Sequence record: SRR20825010_2246
DNA: 38,494 nt
Strand: one strand, 5' to 3'
The notes beneath the pieces were generated by a model. That model saw only the letters and a program-made list of their open reading frames with translations. It had not been told where the DNA came from and did not search any database. The translations under genes were made by a program, and so were the position numbers. Positions 1 through 9,425 of the stretch are shown here, in pieces (within the stretch, counting starts at the first letter, position 1; the number at the start of each line of letters is the position of its first letter).

Positions 1-556
1 GCCTGCACCGCGCGGCGTGCCGCAGATCGAAGTGACTTTCGACATTGACGCCAACGGCATCGTGAATGTGGCCGCCAAGGACAAGGCGACCAACAAGGAA
101 CAGACAATCCGCATCGAAGCCTCGGGCGGTCTGTCGGAAGCCGATATCGAGCAGATGGTGAAGGATGCCGAAGCGCATGCGGCTGAAGACAAAGCCAAAC
201 GCGAAGAGGTTGAAACCCGCAACCATGCCGACGCGCTGATCAACTCGACGGAAAAATCGCTGGCTGAAAATGCCGATGCGGTACCTGCCGAAGTGAAGGC
301 CGAGATCGAAACCGGCATTGAAGAACTGAAAGCAGCCCTTGCCGACGGTTCTGCCGAAGATGTGAAGACCAAGACGGCGGCGCTGACACAGACCGCCATG
401 AAGCTCGGTGAAGCCATTTACAAGGCGACACAGGACGCAGCCGCCAGTGCGGATGCCAGCGCCGATGCGGCGTCAGAAGCGGCCGACGACGATGTTGTCG
501 ATGCCGATTTTGAAGAAGTGGACGATGCTGACCGGAACAAAGGCGACAAGGCCTAA
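1..556 (+). CDS. dnaK: Hsp70 chaperone DnaK, C-terminal part (5' truncated by window)
   Basis: Frame reads [23 protein letters not shown]...[19 protein letters not shown], acidic tail [12 protein letters not shown]; directly upstream of dnaJ. Confidence 0.98.
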   Translation, partial: PAPRGVPQIEVTFDIDANGIVNVAAKDKATNKEQTIRIEASGGLSEADIEQMVKDAEAHAAEDKAKREEVETRNHADALINSTEKSLAENADAVPAEVKAEIETGIEELKAALADGSAEDVKTKTAALTQTAMKLGEAIYKATQDAAASADASADAASEAADDDVVDADFEEVDDADRNKGDKA

Positions 557-671
557 TCTTTCCGGGGCGCGTTGCCCATGCCGTTCGAACCACACGCATG
601 ACAGCGCCCCGGAGAGCTTTTGCTCGCCGGGGCGTTGCTTCATACGGAGCTGACAAGGTCCATGTTCTGAA

Positions 672-1823
672 ATGTCCAAACGTGATTTTTATGATGTGCT
701 GGGTGTTCCCCGCGGCTCGACGCCGGAGGAAATGAAAAAGGCCTATCGCAATCAGGCCAAGCAGCTTCATCCCGACCGCAATCCCGGCGACGCGGCGGCA
801 GAACAGAAATTCAAAGAACTCAACGAAGCCTATGACGTTCTGAAAGACGAACAGTCACGTGCCGCCTATGACCAGTTCGGCCATGCTGCCTTTGAAGGTG
901 GCGGACCGCGCGGCGGGCAGGGCCATCCCTTTGGTGGCGGCGGTGATTTCGGTGCCTCCATGTCCGGAATTTTCGACGACCTGTTCGGCGAATTCATGGG
1001 CGGGCGCGGGGGCCGACGCTCCGATGGCGGGCGTTCGCGCGGGCAGGACCTGCGCTACAATATGGAAATCAGCCTCGAAGAAGCATTCGAAGGCAAAAAG
1101 GCGCAGGTACGCGTGCCTTCATCCGTCTCCTGTGACACATGCCACGGATCAGGTGCGGAGCCCGGCTCGCAGCCCATCACCTGCACGACCTGCGCCGGCC
1201 ACGGCAAGGTGCGGGCGAGCCAGGGCTTTTTCACGGTGGAGCGGACCTGCCCGACCTGTCACGGACGCGGCCAGATCATCGAAAAACCGTGCAAGACCTG
1301 CCATGGCGCGGGACGCACACAAAAAGAACGCACGCTATCGGTCAATATTCCTGCCGGTGTCGAAGACGGCACACGCATTCGCCTGTCGGGCGAGGGCGAT
1401 GCAGGCATGCATGGCGGACCCGCGGGCGACCTCTATATTTTCCTCTCCATGCGCCCGCACGGGATTTTCCAGCGCGATGGCGCGGATCTCTTCTGTCGTG
1501 TGCCCATCTCGATGACGAGTGCGGCTTTGGGTGGCGAAATCGAAGTGCCGACACTGAACGGCAAGCGCGTGAAGCTGAAAATTCCCGAAGGTACGCAGAC
1601 CGGCCGCCAGTTCCGCCTGAAGGACAAAGGCATGCCTGTGATCAACTCACGCGAGACGGGCGATCTTTATATTCAGGTAACGGTGGAGACGCCGATCAAA
1701 CTGTCGAAGAAGCAAAAAGAGCTGCTGCGTGAATTTGACGGCATGTCGGATACGAATACGAACCCTGAAAGCTCCGGCTTTTTTACCAAGGTGAAGGATT
1801 TCTGGGACGGGTTCCAAAGCTGA
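672..1823 (+). CDS. dnaJ: Chaperone DnaJ
   Basis: J-domain with HPD, G/F-rich region, four CxxCxGxG zinc-finger repeats. Confidence 0.98.
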   Translation: MSKRDFYDVLGVPRGSTPEEMKKAYRNQAKQLHPDRNPGDAAAEQKFKELNEAYDVLKDEQSRAAYDQFGHAAFEGGGPRGGQGHPFGGGGDFGASMSGIFDDLFGEFMGGRGGRRSDGGRSRGQDLRYNMEISLEEAFEGKKAQVRVPSSVSCDTCHGSGAEPGSQPITCTTCAGHGKVRASQGFFTVERTCPTCHGRGQIIEKPCKTCHGAGRTQKERTLSVNIPAGVEDGTRIRLSGEGDAGMHGGPAGDLYIFLSMRPHGIFQRDGADLFCRVPISMTSAALGGEIEVPTLNGKRVKLKIPEGTQTGRQFRLKDKGMPVINSRETGDLYIQVTVETPIKLSKKQKELLREFDGMSDTNTNPESSGFFTKVKDFWDGFQS

Positions 1824-1852
1824 AGCGGTATAGCCGCTCATTTGATAATCTT

Positions 1853-1885
1853 GAAAAGGCTTCCACGGATGTGGGAGCCTTTTTC
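1853..1885 (+). terminator. Intrinsic terminator after dnaJ
   Basis: AAAAGGCTTCCAC-GGAT-GTGGGAGCCTTTTT stem-loop with T tail. Confidence 0.85.
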
Positions 1886-1934
1886 TTATCCAAGTTCATA
1901 TCCGAGCCTGTGGCTCCACTGACGGACCGGTCCA

Positions 1935-2273
1935 ATGAGCACATTTTTGTATCCGATCGGCCTGCTTGTTCTGTCCAATCTCTTTATGACCACGGCCTGG
2001 TACTGGCACCTGAAATATAAGGGTGTAGCCCTGATCACAGTTATTCTAGTGAGTTGGGGGCTGGCATTTTTTGAGTATTGTCTGGCGGTGCCCGCCAACC
2101 GGATGGGGTCGGAGGTTTATTCCGCCGCCCAATTGAAGACCATTCAGGAGGTCATAACCCTGCTGGTTTTCGCCGGATTTTCGACCTTTTATTTGGGTCA
2201 GCCCATGACGTGGAACACAGCAATTGGCTTTGCGCTGATTGCCGCCGGGGCCTTTTTCATTTTTCGCGGGTGA
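1935..2273 (+). CDS. Small DMT-superfamily membrane protein (DUF486/DMT_6 type)
   Basis: 112 aa, four hydrophobic segments, motifs SNLFMTTAWYWHLK, SWGLAFFEYCLAVPANR, QLKTIQEVITL. Confidence 0.85.
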   Translation: MSTFLYPIGLLVLSNLFMTTAWYWHLKYKGVALITVILVSWGLAFFEYCLAVPANRMGSEVYSAAQLKTIQEVITLLVFAGFSTFYLGQPMTWNTAIGFALIAAGAFFIFRG

Positions 2274-2410
2274 GGCCAGATCATCTGTCCACGCTGGATT
2301 TTCTTTATCAAGGGTAAACAAAATTCTTTGTGACCCTTTTATGTATGTTTTGTGTTGCTGGTGAAACTGCCTCCCATGATCGCAATCCCTGCGAAACGAA
2401 TGAGGCAGTT

Positions 2411-3715
2411 ATGAAATTCTTCAAGAAAGCCGTTTTGACGATGGCAACCGTGGCTACGGTCACGCTGGGTACAAGCGGCGCATCTTTTGCCGCCTCGGAC
2501 GTCAACGCCCGTATCGAAGCGCTGGAAGCGGCGCTGAAAGAGCTGCGCGCCGAAGTTTCGGTGCGTGATGCCAAGATCGAGGCGATGGAAGCAAAAACAG
2601 CCGAGCTGGACACGCTTCCCAAGTTCAATCCTGAAAAGCTGGAAATGGAAAGCCGTGACGGCCAGTTCGCCATGGGCATTGCCGGTCGTATCCAGGTCGA
2701 CGCCTACGCGATCGACGACGACAAATCCGCACTGAACCCGATGGGCAACGGCATGGAACTGCGCCGTATCCGCCTTGGTGCCTATGGCAAGGTGTTCGGT
2801 GACTTCAAATACAAGCTCGACGTCGAATATGCCGGTGACAAGGTCGCTGTGAAGGACGCCTATGTGGAAACAGAGCTTTCCGAGGGTCTGGGCCTCAAAG
2901 TCGGTCACTTCAAAGAATATTACGGCATCGACAATCTGACATCCGACAATTACGTCAGCTTCATGGAACGCGCCGTGTCCTCCATCTACTGGCCGGACCA
3001 GAATATGGGTGCGGGCCTTGCCTATACAGACGGCAAGCTGTGGGGCGTGCAGGGCGGCTTCTGGACACCGGGTGTTGCCAATGGTGGCGCAGGTGAATCC
3101 AGCGACTGGTCGATCACAGGCCGCGCCTATGTGGCTCCCAAAATCGGTGACGCTGTGGTGCATATGGGCCTGAACGGCTCCTATCGCGGCTTTGAATCCA
3201 GCGCGACGACAAAATTTGAACAGCGTCCTGAATCGCATGGCGCCGAAAAGATCCTGCGCACAGGCAACATCACAATGCCTGCCAGCGAAACACGCTTTGG
3301 TCCTGAAATCGCCGCCATCTTTGGTCCGGTGACCTTGCAGGCCCAGTATGACTGGTCGGAAATCGACCGTGGCAATGGTCTGCCCTCCATCTCGACGGAA
3401 GGCGGCTATGCGGAAGCCTCGTGGTTCGTGACGGGTGAAAACCGCAACTATTCGGTGAAATCGGGTGCCTTTGGCCGCACGAAAGCCACCAATGCGATCC
3501 AGCTGGCCGCCCGTTTCAGCCATCTCGATCTGGCTGACAGCAACCTGACCGATGCGCGCCGCGGCACGCAGAACGACATCACGCTGGGTGTGAACTACTA
3601 CTTCAACCCGAAAGTTCGCCTGATGCTGAACTATGTCCGCGCCGATGTGGACTACACAGCCTCGCCGGACGAGACATACAACATCGTCCAGTCGCGCTTG
3701 CAGCTCGACTGGTAG
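2411..3715 (+). CDS. OprO/OprP-family phosphate-selective outer-membrane porin
   Basis: Start moved to ATG 2411 (GAGG SD, signal peptide MKFFKKAV...SFAA); coiled-coil stretch, ELRRIRLG, VKDAYV, VGHFKE, FMERA, TLGVNYYFN, C-terminal Trp. Confidence 0.88.
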   Translation: MKFFKKAVLTMATVATVTLGTSGASFAASDVNARIEALEAALKELRAEVSVRDAKIEAMEAKTAELDTLPKFNPEKLEMESRDGQFAMGIAGRIQVDAYAIDDDKSALNPMGNGMELRRIRLGAYGKVFGDFKYKLDVEYAGDKVAVKDAYVETELSEGLGLKVGHFKEYYGIDNLTSDNYVSFMERAVSSIYWPDQNMGAGLAYTDGKLWGVQGGFWTPGVANGGAGESSDWSITGRAYVAPKIGDAVVHMGLNGSYRGFESSATTKFEQRPESHGAEKILRTGNITMPASETRFGPEIAAIFGPVTLQAQYDWSEIDRGNGLPSISTEGGYAEASWFVTGENRNYSVKSGAFGRTKATNAIQLAARFSHLDLADSNLTDARRGTQNDITLGVNYYFNPKVRLMLNYVRADVDYTASPDETYNIVQSRLQLDW

Positions 3716-3753
3716 GCAACATCGTCCAAGTCGCGCTTGCAGCTCGACTGGTA
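3679..3753 (+). repeat. Tandem duplication of the porin 3' end (36 bp and 37 bp copies)
   Basis: CAACATCGTCCAGTCGCGCTTGCAGCTCGACTGGTA at 3679-3714, repeated at 3717-3753 with one extra A. Confidence 0.97.
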
Positions 3754-3825
3754 ATCAAGACCGTTCCTGTCGGGTCTGTTGCCTGACAGGGACTTCCTCC
3801 TCTCTGTCGACGTTCCTCGAAACTG

Positions 3826-3858
3826 GCCCGTTCCCTCACCGGAACGGGCTCTTTTTTT
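3826..3858 (+). terminator. Intrinsic terminator after porin
   Basis: GCCCGTTCC-CTCACC-GGAACGGGC followed by TCTTTTTTT. Confidence 0.9.
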
Positions 3859-3968
3859 GTCTGAAAGACCGCGCAGCGGTCGCATTTACCTCACCCCGCC
3901 CCCCTGCTATACCCCAGACCCTGATCTGATCCCGAAGTGTCGGGACGCCAAAAGGCGGGAGCAAGACC

Positions 3969-4784
3969 ATGAGCGCAGATGTGAAGATTGCCGTGACAGG
4001 TGCCGGTGGCCGGATGGGCCGCACGCTGCTGAAGCTGATCCACGAGACGCAAGGCGCGGTGATCGCAGGCGGTATCGAGGCCAAAGGCTCGCCGCATCTT
4101 GGCGCCGATCTGGGCATTCTGGCCGGGCTGGCCGAGCCTCTGGGCATTGCGGCCAGCGACGATGCGCTGTCAATCATCAAGGATGCCGACGCGCTGATCG
4201 ATTTTACCGCGCCTGCCGCTTCGGTGGAATTTGCCGGATTATGTGCACAAGCCCGTATCGTCCATGTGATCGGCACGACGGGATTTGACGAGGGCGAGGA
4301 AGCGCGCATTGCAGCCGCGGCACGCCATGCCACGATCATCAAGGCAGGCAATATGAGCCTTGGCGTCAATCTGCTGGCCAGCCTTGTGCGACAGGCAGCA
4401 CGTGCGCTGGACCCGAGCTGGGATATCGAAATCGTGGAAATGCATCACCGCCACAAGGTGGATGCGCCATCGGGCACAGCTCTCTTGCTGGGCGAGGCAG
4501 CCGCCGAAGGACGCGGCATTGCGCTGAAAGACCATTCCGAACGGGGCCGCGACGGCCAGACCGGCGCGCGGGCCGACGGCGCAATCGGCTTTGCCGCTTT
4601 GCGCGGCGGCAGCGTGGTGGGCGACCATGAGGTTATTTTTGCCGGACAATCCGAACGCATCACACTTGGCCATATTGCCGAGGACCGTGCGATCTTTGCC
4701 CGCGGGGCGCTGAAGGCGGCTTTGTGGGGGCAGGGCAAGGGACCGGGGCTTTTCAACATGGCCGATGTGCTCGGCCTCGACTAA
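3969..4784 (+). CDS. dapB: 4-hydroxy-tetrahydrodipicolinate reductase
   Basis: GAGGRMG NAD-binding motif, [21 protein letters not shown]. Confidence 0.97.
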   Translation: MSADVKIAVTGAGGRMGRTLLKLIHETQGAVIAGGIEAKGSPHLGADLGILAGLAEPLGIAASDDALSIIKDADALIDFTAPAASVEFAGLCAQARIVHVIGTTGFDEGEEARIAAAARHATIIKAGNMSLGVNLLASLVRQAARALDPSWDIEIVEMHHRHKVDAPSGTALLLGEAAAEGRGIALKDHSERGRDGQTGARADGAIGFAALRGGSVVGDHEVIFAGQSERITLGHIAEDRAIFARGALKAALWGQGKGPGLFNMADVLGLD

Positions 4785-4812
4785 TCAGTTGACTGAATAA
4801 AGGAATAGACAC

Positions 4813-5445
4813 GTGGCAAATCTGCTTGTTCTTGTCCGTCACGGACAAAGCGAATGGAACGAGAAAAACCTGTTCACGGGCTGGCGCGATCCGGCGCTGA
4901 CGGCACAGGGCGTGGCCGAAGGCCGCGAGGCGGGCCAGGCGCTGAAAGCGGCGGGCTACAAGTTTGATGTGGCCTATACATCGGCGCTGACACGCGCGCA
5001 GGAAACCAACCGCCTCGTGTTGGAAGAAATGGGCCAGTCCGATCTGCCCGTGATCCGCGATGAAGCGCTGAACGAGCGCGACTATGGCGATCTGGCCGGT
5101 CTGAACAAGGATGACGCCCGCAAAAAATGGGGCGAGGAACAGGTGCATATCTGGCGCCGGTCCTATGACATTCCTCCGCCCGGCGGCGAGAGCCTGAAGG
5201 ACACGCGCGAACGCGTGCTGCCCTATTTCGAGCGCGAGATCATGCCGCGTGTGCTGAAGGGCGAACGCGTGCTGATTGCCGCGCATGGCAACTCGCTACG
5301 CTCACTCGTCATGGTGCTCGACAATCTCGACGAGAAGGAAATTCTCGACGTGAATATCGCGACAGGTGCACCCATTGTTTACAAGCTTGATGACAATGGC
5401 AAAGTTCTGTCGAAAGAATTGCTGATCGAACGCGAAGCGCATTAA
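4813..5445 (+). CDS. gpmA: 2,3-bisphosphoglycerate-dependent phosphoglycerate mutase
   Basis: [38 protein letters not shown]. Confidence 0.96.
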   Translation: MANLLVLVRHGQSEWNEKNLFTGWRDPALTAQGVAEGREAGQALKAAGYKFDVAYTSALTRAQETNRLVLEEMGQSDLPVIRDEALNERDYGDLAGLNKDDARKKWGEEQVHIWRRSYDIPPPGGESLKDTRERVLPYFEREIMPRVLKGERVLIAAHGNSLRSLVMVLDNLDEKEILDVNIATGAPIVYKLDDNGKVLSKELLIEREAH

Positions 5446-5449
5446 GCGT

Positions 5450-5965
5450 TCAAACGGTTTGCGGGCGGGCCTTCAATGTGTCGAGTGCATTTTGAAGAGC
5501 CCGCGCGAAACCTGCCCGCTCTTCGGGCGAGAGAAAAGCCGCAAGCTCGTGCGAGCGGCCATGCGAGCGCACAAAGAGATGCGTGGCGCCGTCATGCTCC
5601 TCGACCATATCGAGCCGCGCCCAATAGGGCTGGAGGCTGACCGCGCGGACATGGCCATGCTGGTCTATGCGGCGGATGCGCAACTCGTCGTCCGACACCT
5701 GCACGGTTTCATGCGCACGAGCGGCGCGATAATTCGCGCGGAAGGCCCACCAGACCAGCGCCACATCAAGGCCGCAAAATCCCATGACCGGCCATGCGCC
5801 CTTGAGAAGGAAGAGCAGACCCGCGCCGAAATTCATCACCGCAAGTATGCTCATGACGATGATGAAGCCTTTGCGCGAGAGCGAGCGATGAGGCATGACA
5901 AGCGCATTGAAATGCAGCTTGCCCTCAAGCGGTGCGGTCTGTGGCGTCGTCGCGTCCTGTGCCAT
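5450..5965 (-). CDS. DUF2244-family integral membrane protein
   Basis: PHRSLSRKGF, GAWPVMGFCGLDV, FLSPEER motifs; divergent from nth. Confidence 0.85.
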   Translation of the reverse strand: MAQDATTPQTAPLEGKLHFNALVMPHRSLSRKGFIIVMSILAVMNFGAGLLFLLKGAWPVMGFCGLDVALVWWAFRANYRAARAHETVQVSDDELRIRRIDQHGHVRAVSLQPYWARLDMVEEHDGATHLFVRSHGRSHELAAFLSPEERAGFARALQNALDTLKARPQTV

Positions 5966-6041
5966 GGGGAAAGTCTAGAACGGGGCAGGGCTGCGGGCCA
6001 AGAGGCTTGCAGCGGGACTTAAAGCCGCGCATCTTTGGCGC

Positions 6042-6680
6042 ATGAAAAAAGCCGATATCGAGACGTTTTTCGCGCGTCTTTCCGCCGATAATCCCGAACC
6101 CGAAACCGAGCTGCGCTATAGCAATGTCTATACGCTGCTGGTGGCTGTTGTGCTGTCGGCACAGGCTACCGACAAAGGCGTGAACAAGGCGACGGAAAAA
6201 CTTTTTGCGATTGCCGACACGCCGCAAAAAATGCTGGCGCTGGGCATCGGCCGCGTGACCGACCATATCAAGACCATCGGTCTGTTCCGCACCAAAGCCA
6301 AGAATGTGATCGCGCTGTCACAGCTGCTGATCGAGCGGCATGGGGGCGAGGTGCCCAATGACCAGAAGGCGCTGGAGGCGCTGCCCGGTGTGGGACGCAA
6401 GACGGCGAATGTTGTGCGCAATGTCTATTTCGGTGTGCCGACCATTGCGGTTGATACCCATATTTTCCGCGTCAGCAACCGCACGGGGCTGGCACCCGGC
6501 AAGGATGTGGTGGCAGTGGAAGAAAAGCTGATGAAGGTGGTGCCTGCCGCCTACAAGATGCATGCGCACCACTGGCTGATCCTGCATGGCCGCTATGTCT
6601 GCGTGGCGCGCAAACCGCTTTGCTATAATTGCAAAGTGATCGATCTGTGTCGCTTCAAGGGAAAGACGACAGCAGCCTGA
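6042..6680 (+). CDS. nth: Endonuclease III
   Basis: VLSAQATD, HhH LPGVGRKTA, IAVDTH, C-x6-C-x2-C-x5-C iron-sulfur motif. Confidence 0.97.
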   Translation: MKKADIETFFARLSADNPEPETELRYSNVYTLLVAVVLSAQATDKGVNKATEKLFAIADTPQKMLALGIGRVTDHIKTIGLFRTKAKNVIALSQLLIERHGGEVPNDQKALEALPGVGRKTANVVRNVYFGVPTIAVDTHIFRVSNRTGLAPGKDVVAVEEKLMKVVPAAYKMHAHHWLILHGRYVCVARKPLCYNCKVIDLCRFKGKTTAA

Positions 6681-6684
6681 GGTA

Positions 6685-7092
6685 TCAGGAAACCGCAGCC
6701 GATTTGCGCCGCGCGACATCGGACAGGCAAGCCGCTGTATCGGCGGGGCCGCCCAGCGACTTGCGGGCATCGACATAGGTGGAGGCAAGTTCGCCTGTGC
6801 CTGCCTTGTAGAAATAAACAAAGAGCGCACAGTCGCCACCGCTATATTGCCAGACCTCGGCATCGGGCTCGGCGCGTTTGAAATCGGGCGGGCCAAGGCG
6901 GATGGCCAATGCCGAGGGCTCGACACCGAGCAGACTCTTGGGCGTGAGCGGGCCCTTGCCGATGCGCGAGGTGGGATTAAGCGAGGAGAGGCGCTTGCCG
7001 TCAATGCCGACACCCGACGCATTGCCACCCGCACAGGCGGCCAGCAAAGGGATCGCACAAAGCAGGACTGTAAGCCTTAAAGCGGATTTCAT
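6685..7092 (-). CDS. Hypothetical lipoprotein
   Basis: Lipobox LAAC; LGPPDFKRAE..AEVWQY motif; start overlaps stop of upstream EI24 gene. Confidence 0.75.
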   Translation of the reverse strand: MKSALRLTVLLCAIPLLAACAGGNASGVGIDGKRLSSLNPTSRIGKGPLTPKSLLGVEPSALAIRLGPPDFKRAEPDAEVWQYSGGDCALFVYFYKAGTGELASTYVDARKSLGGPADTAACLSDVARRKSAAVS

Positions 7093-7748
7093 TTCAGGCC
7101 GATCCGTTTGGAGGTGTGAACCATGTAGGAGGTCGCAAAAAGCGGTGTCAGCAAATTGAGCAATGGCACGGTGGCAAATGCGGCAACCACGACACCGGCC
7201 AGAAAAATGCGGACCGTGTGGCGGCGGCGCAAAGCGCGCGCGGCATCAATGTCCATGTGGCGGAGCGCGACAAGCTCGAAATATTCTCGGCCCAGAAGAT
7301 AACCGTTCACCACCCAGAACAACACGAGATTAACCCCCGGCAACAGATAGAAAGGCAGCGCGATCACATTGACGAGAACAAGGACAAGCGTGAAGCGCAG
7401 GGAGACGACCAGCGACTGGAAGAAGGGCTGGTCGGTGCCCGACGGGTCGGCGGGATAATCGCGTGCCTCGACGATAGCGGCAATGCGCTCCAAAAACAGG
7501 CCCGCAACCAGCGAGACGACGGGATGGACCAAAGGCACAATGACAATGACCGCAAAGAAACGCGCGCTCCATTCCAGCGTCGTGTCGATCCATGCGGTGC
7601 CAAAAACCGGCAGTGCATCAAGCGCCCATTGGGCACCGGCCCCAAAAGCAGCCAACACGATGATGGTGCTGGCAAGCGAGAGCCAGAAGACACGCCGGAA
7701 AGGCTGGGAAAAGACCTGCGCAAAGGCGCGCAGCGCGTCGGACAACAT
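7089..7748 (-). CDS. EI24/CysZ-like membrane protein
   Basis: Multi-TM protein, FLERIAAIVEARDYP, NGYLLGREYFELVALRH, VPLLNLLTP. Confidence 0.85.
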   Translation of the reverse strand: MLSDALRAFAQVFSQPFRRVFWLSLASTIIVLAAFGAGAQWALDALPVFGTAWIDTTLEWSARFFAVIVIVPLVHPVVSLVAGLFLERIAAIVEARDYPADPSGTDQPFFQSLVVSLRFTLVLVLVNVIALPFYLLPGVNLVLFWVVNGYLLGREYFELVALRHMDIDAARALRRRHTVRIFLAGVVVAAFATVPLLNLLTPLFATSYMVHTSKRIGLK

Positions 7749-7860
7749 GGGGCGGCTCCCGCTTTACGATCAAACTTTATCCTTGCAACCTAGTGCCCAC
7801 CTACTCAAATCTCAAGGAAGGCACTAACAGATAGAAATTCGCTTTTTCGGGGGAGGCAAG

Positions 7861-8310
7861 ATGGAACAGAAACTTCTACCACCACGCCTGTTCCAGATCG
7901 GGCTCGTGCTGATTGTGGTGCTGGATATGGTGTTGGGAGGGCGGCCGATATTGGCTTCGGGTCCGGTTTTCTGGATCGGCGTGCTGCTGGCCGTTGCAGG
8001 GGCGGTGATCACTGTGGGCGGTGCAAGACAGTTCAGCCGCCGCGAGACCAATATCAACACGTTTCTCAAACCCGACCACCTGGTGACAGACGGGCTTTTT
8101 GCCTGGTCGCGCAATCCGATGTATCTGGGCTTTGCCAGTGTGCTGACCGGCACGGCCCTGCTGATGGGCAGCGGGCCGGGGCTGATCATTGCCGCGGGCT
8201 TCGTGATCATCGCCGACCGCTGGTATATCCGCTTTGAAGAACAGGTCATGGCCGAAACATTCGGGTCGACCTATGACGCCTATCGGCAGAAAACCCGCCG
8301 CTGGCTCTAA
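7861..8310 (+). CDS. Isoprenylcysteine carboxyl methyltransferase / PEMT family protein
   Basis: LVTDGLFAWSRNPMYLG, EE...FG..Y..YRQKTRRWL; GGAGG SD. Confidence 0.88.
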   Translation: MEQKLLPPRLFQIGLVLIVVLDMVLGGRPILASGPVFWIGVLLAVAGAVITVGGARQFSRRETNINTFLKPDHLVTDGLFAWSRNPMYLGFASVLTGTALLMGSGPGLIIAAGFVIIADRWYIRFEEQVMAETFGSTYDAYRQKTRRWL

Positions 8311-8430
8311 ATTTGGCAAATGGGGGAATTCAGCCAATCGGGCCATCAGGCCATCAGGCTTTGGAGATGGGGCGGGGTTTGCCTATACTCCGCCCCGAAT
8401 TCTGACCCTTAAAGCACTGAGCCAAATCAT

Positions 8431-9423
8431 ATGAGCGAATTGAAATTTGACGTTGCCGGTATCGGTAACGCCCTTGTGGACGTCATTGCCAACGCGGATG
8501 ACGCTTTTCTTGCCGCCGAAGGCATCCAGAAGGGCGGCATGACCCTCATTGATGCGGACCGTGCCGACACGCTCTATAGCCGGATGGGCGAAGCGATCGA
8601 AAGCTCGGGCGGCTCATGCGCCAATACGATTGCCGGTCTGGCTTCGCTGGGCGGCAAGGGTGCTTTTTTCGGCAAGGTCAAAAAGGACCAGCTGGGCGAT
8701 GTCTTTATCCATGACATCAAGACACTGGGTGCTTCCTTTCCCGCAAGCGTCGCCACGGAAGGCGCACCGACAGGCCGCTGCCTTGTGCTGGTGACACCGG
8801 ATGCCCAGCGCAGCATGAGCACGTTTCTGGGGGCAGCCCAATTGCTGACGCCGGACGATATTGACGGCGAGGTGATCAAAGCCTCTGCCGTGACTTATAT
8901 GGAAGGCTATTTGTGGGACCAGCCCAGCGCGAAAGAGGCTTTTCTGAAAGCCGCGAAAATCGCGCATGAGGCAGGCCGCATCGTCTCGCTGACGCTGTCG
9001 GACAGTTTCTGCGTTAGCCGTTTCCGGCCCGAGTTCCAAAAGCTCGTCAAAGAGGAAGTCGATCTTCTGTTTGCCAATGAAGACGAAATTCTATCGCTCT
9101 ATGAAGTGGCAACATTCGACGAGGCGCTGGCGCGCGTGAAGGCGGAATGTAAATACGCCGCCCTGACACGTTCGGAAAAAGGCGCAGTCATTGTCTGGAA
9201 CGGCGAAGTGACAGAAGTGCCTGCGGCACAGGTGTCAAAGGTCGTGGACACGACCGGCGCGGGTGATCTTTTTGCCGCCGGTTTTCTCTATGGATTTGCC
9301 CGCGGGATGACGCCTGAACATTGCGGCAAACTGGGCGCAATGGCGGCGGCAGAAGTAATCAGCCATTACGGGCCGCGCCCGATGGTGTCGCTGAAAGAAC
9401 TGGCCGCCTCGAACGGTCTCTGA
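8431..9423 (+). CDS. PfkB-family carbohydrate (adenosine-like) kinase
   Basis: GIGNALVD, SGGSCANT, FANEDE, DTTGAGDLFAAG. Confidence 0.92.
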   Translation: MSELKFDVAGIGNALVDVIANADDAFLAAEGIQKGGMTLIDADRADTLYSRMGEAIESSGGSCANTIAGLASLGGKGAFFGKVKKDQLGDVFIHDIKTLGASFPASVATEGAPTGRCLVLVTPDAQRSMSTFLGAAQLLTPDDIDGEVIKASAVTYMEGYLWDQPSAKEAFLKAAKIAHEAGRIVSLTLSDSFCVSRFRPEFQKLVKEEVDLLFANEDEILSLYEVATFDEALARVKAECKYAALTRSEKGAVIVWNGEVTEVPAAQVSKVVDTTGAGDLFAAGFLYGFARGMTPEHCGKLGAMAAAEVISHYGPRPMVSLKELAASNGL

Positions 9424-9425
9424 AT

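Noticed and set aside
2300..2345. Pho box upstream of the OprO/P-type porin
   Set aside because: No CTGTCAT-type 11-bp direct repeat seen; only an imperfect inverted repeat (AAGGGT..ACAAA/TTTGT.ACCCTT) that could be the DMT gene terminator
2339..3523. 394-aa ORF antisense to the porin (and similar long antisense ORFs over hslU, mltA, hisB, PSRP)
   Set aside because: Shadow frames expected from GC-rich codon bias; no recognisable motifs; sense genes are well supported
3679..3753. CRISPR array suggested by 36-37 bp repeats
   Set aside because: Only two copies 2 bp apart, no spacer, no cas genes; the repeat is porin coding sequence
8341..8358. GGCCATCA tandem repeat before the PfkB kinase
   Set aside because: Only 2 x 8 bp in GC-rich DNA; no supporting context
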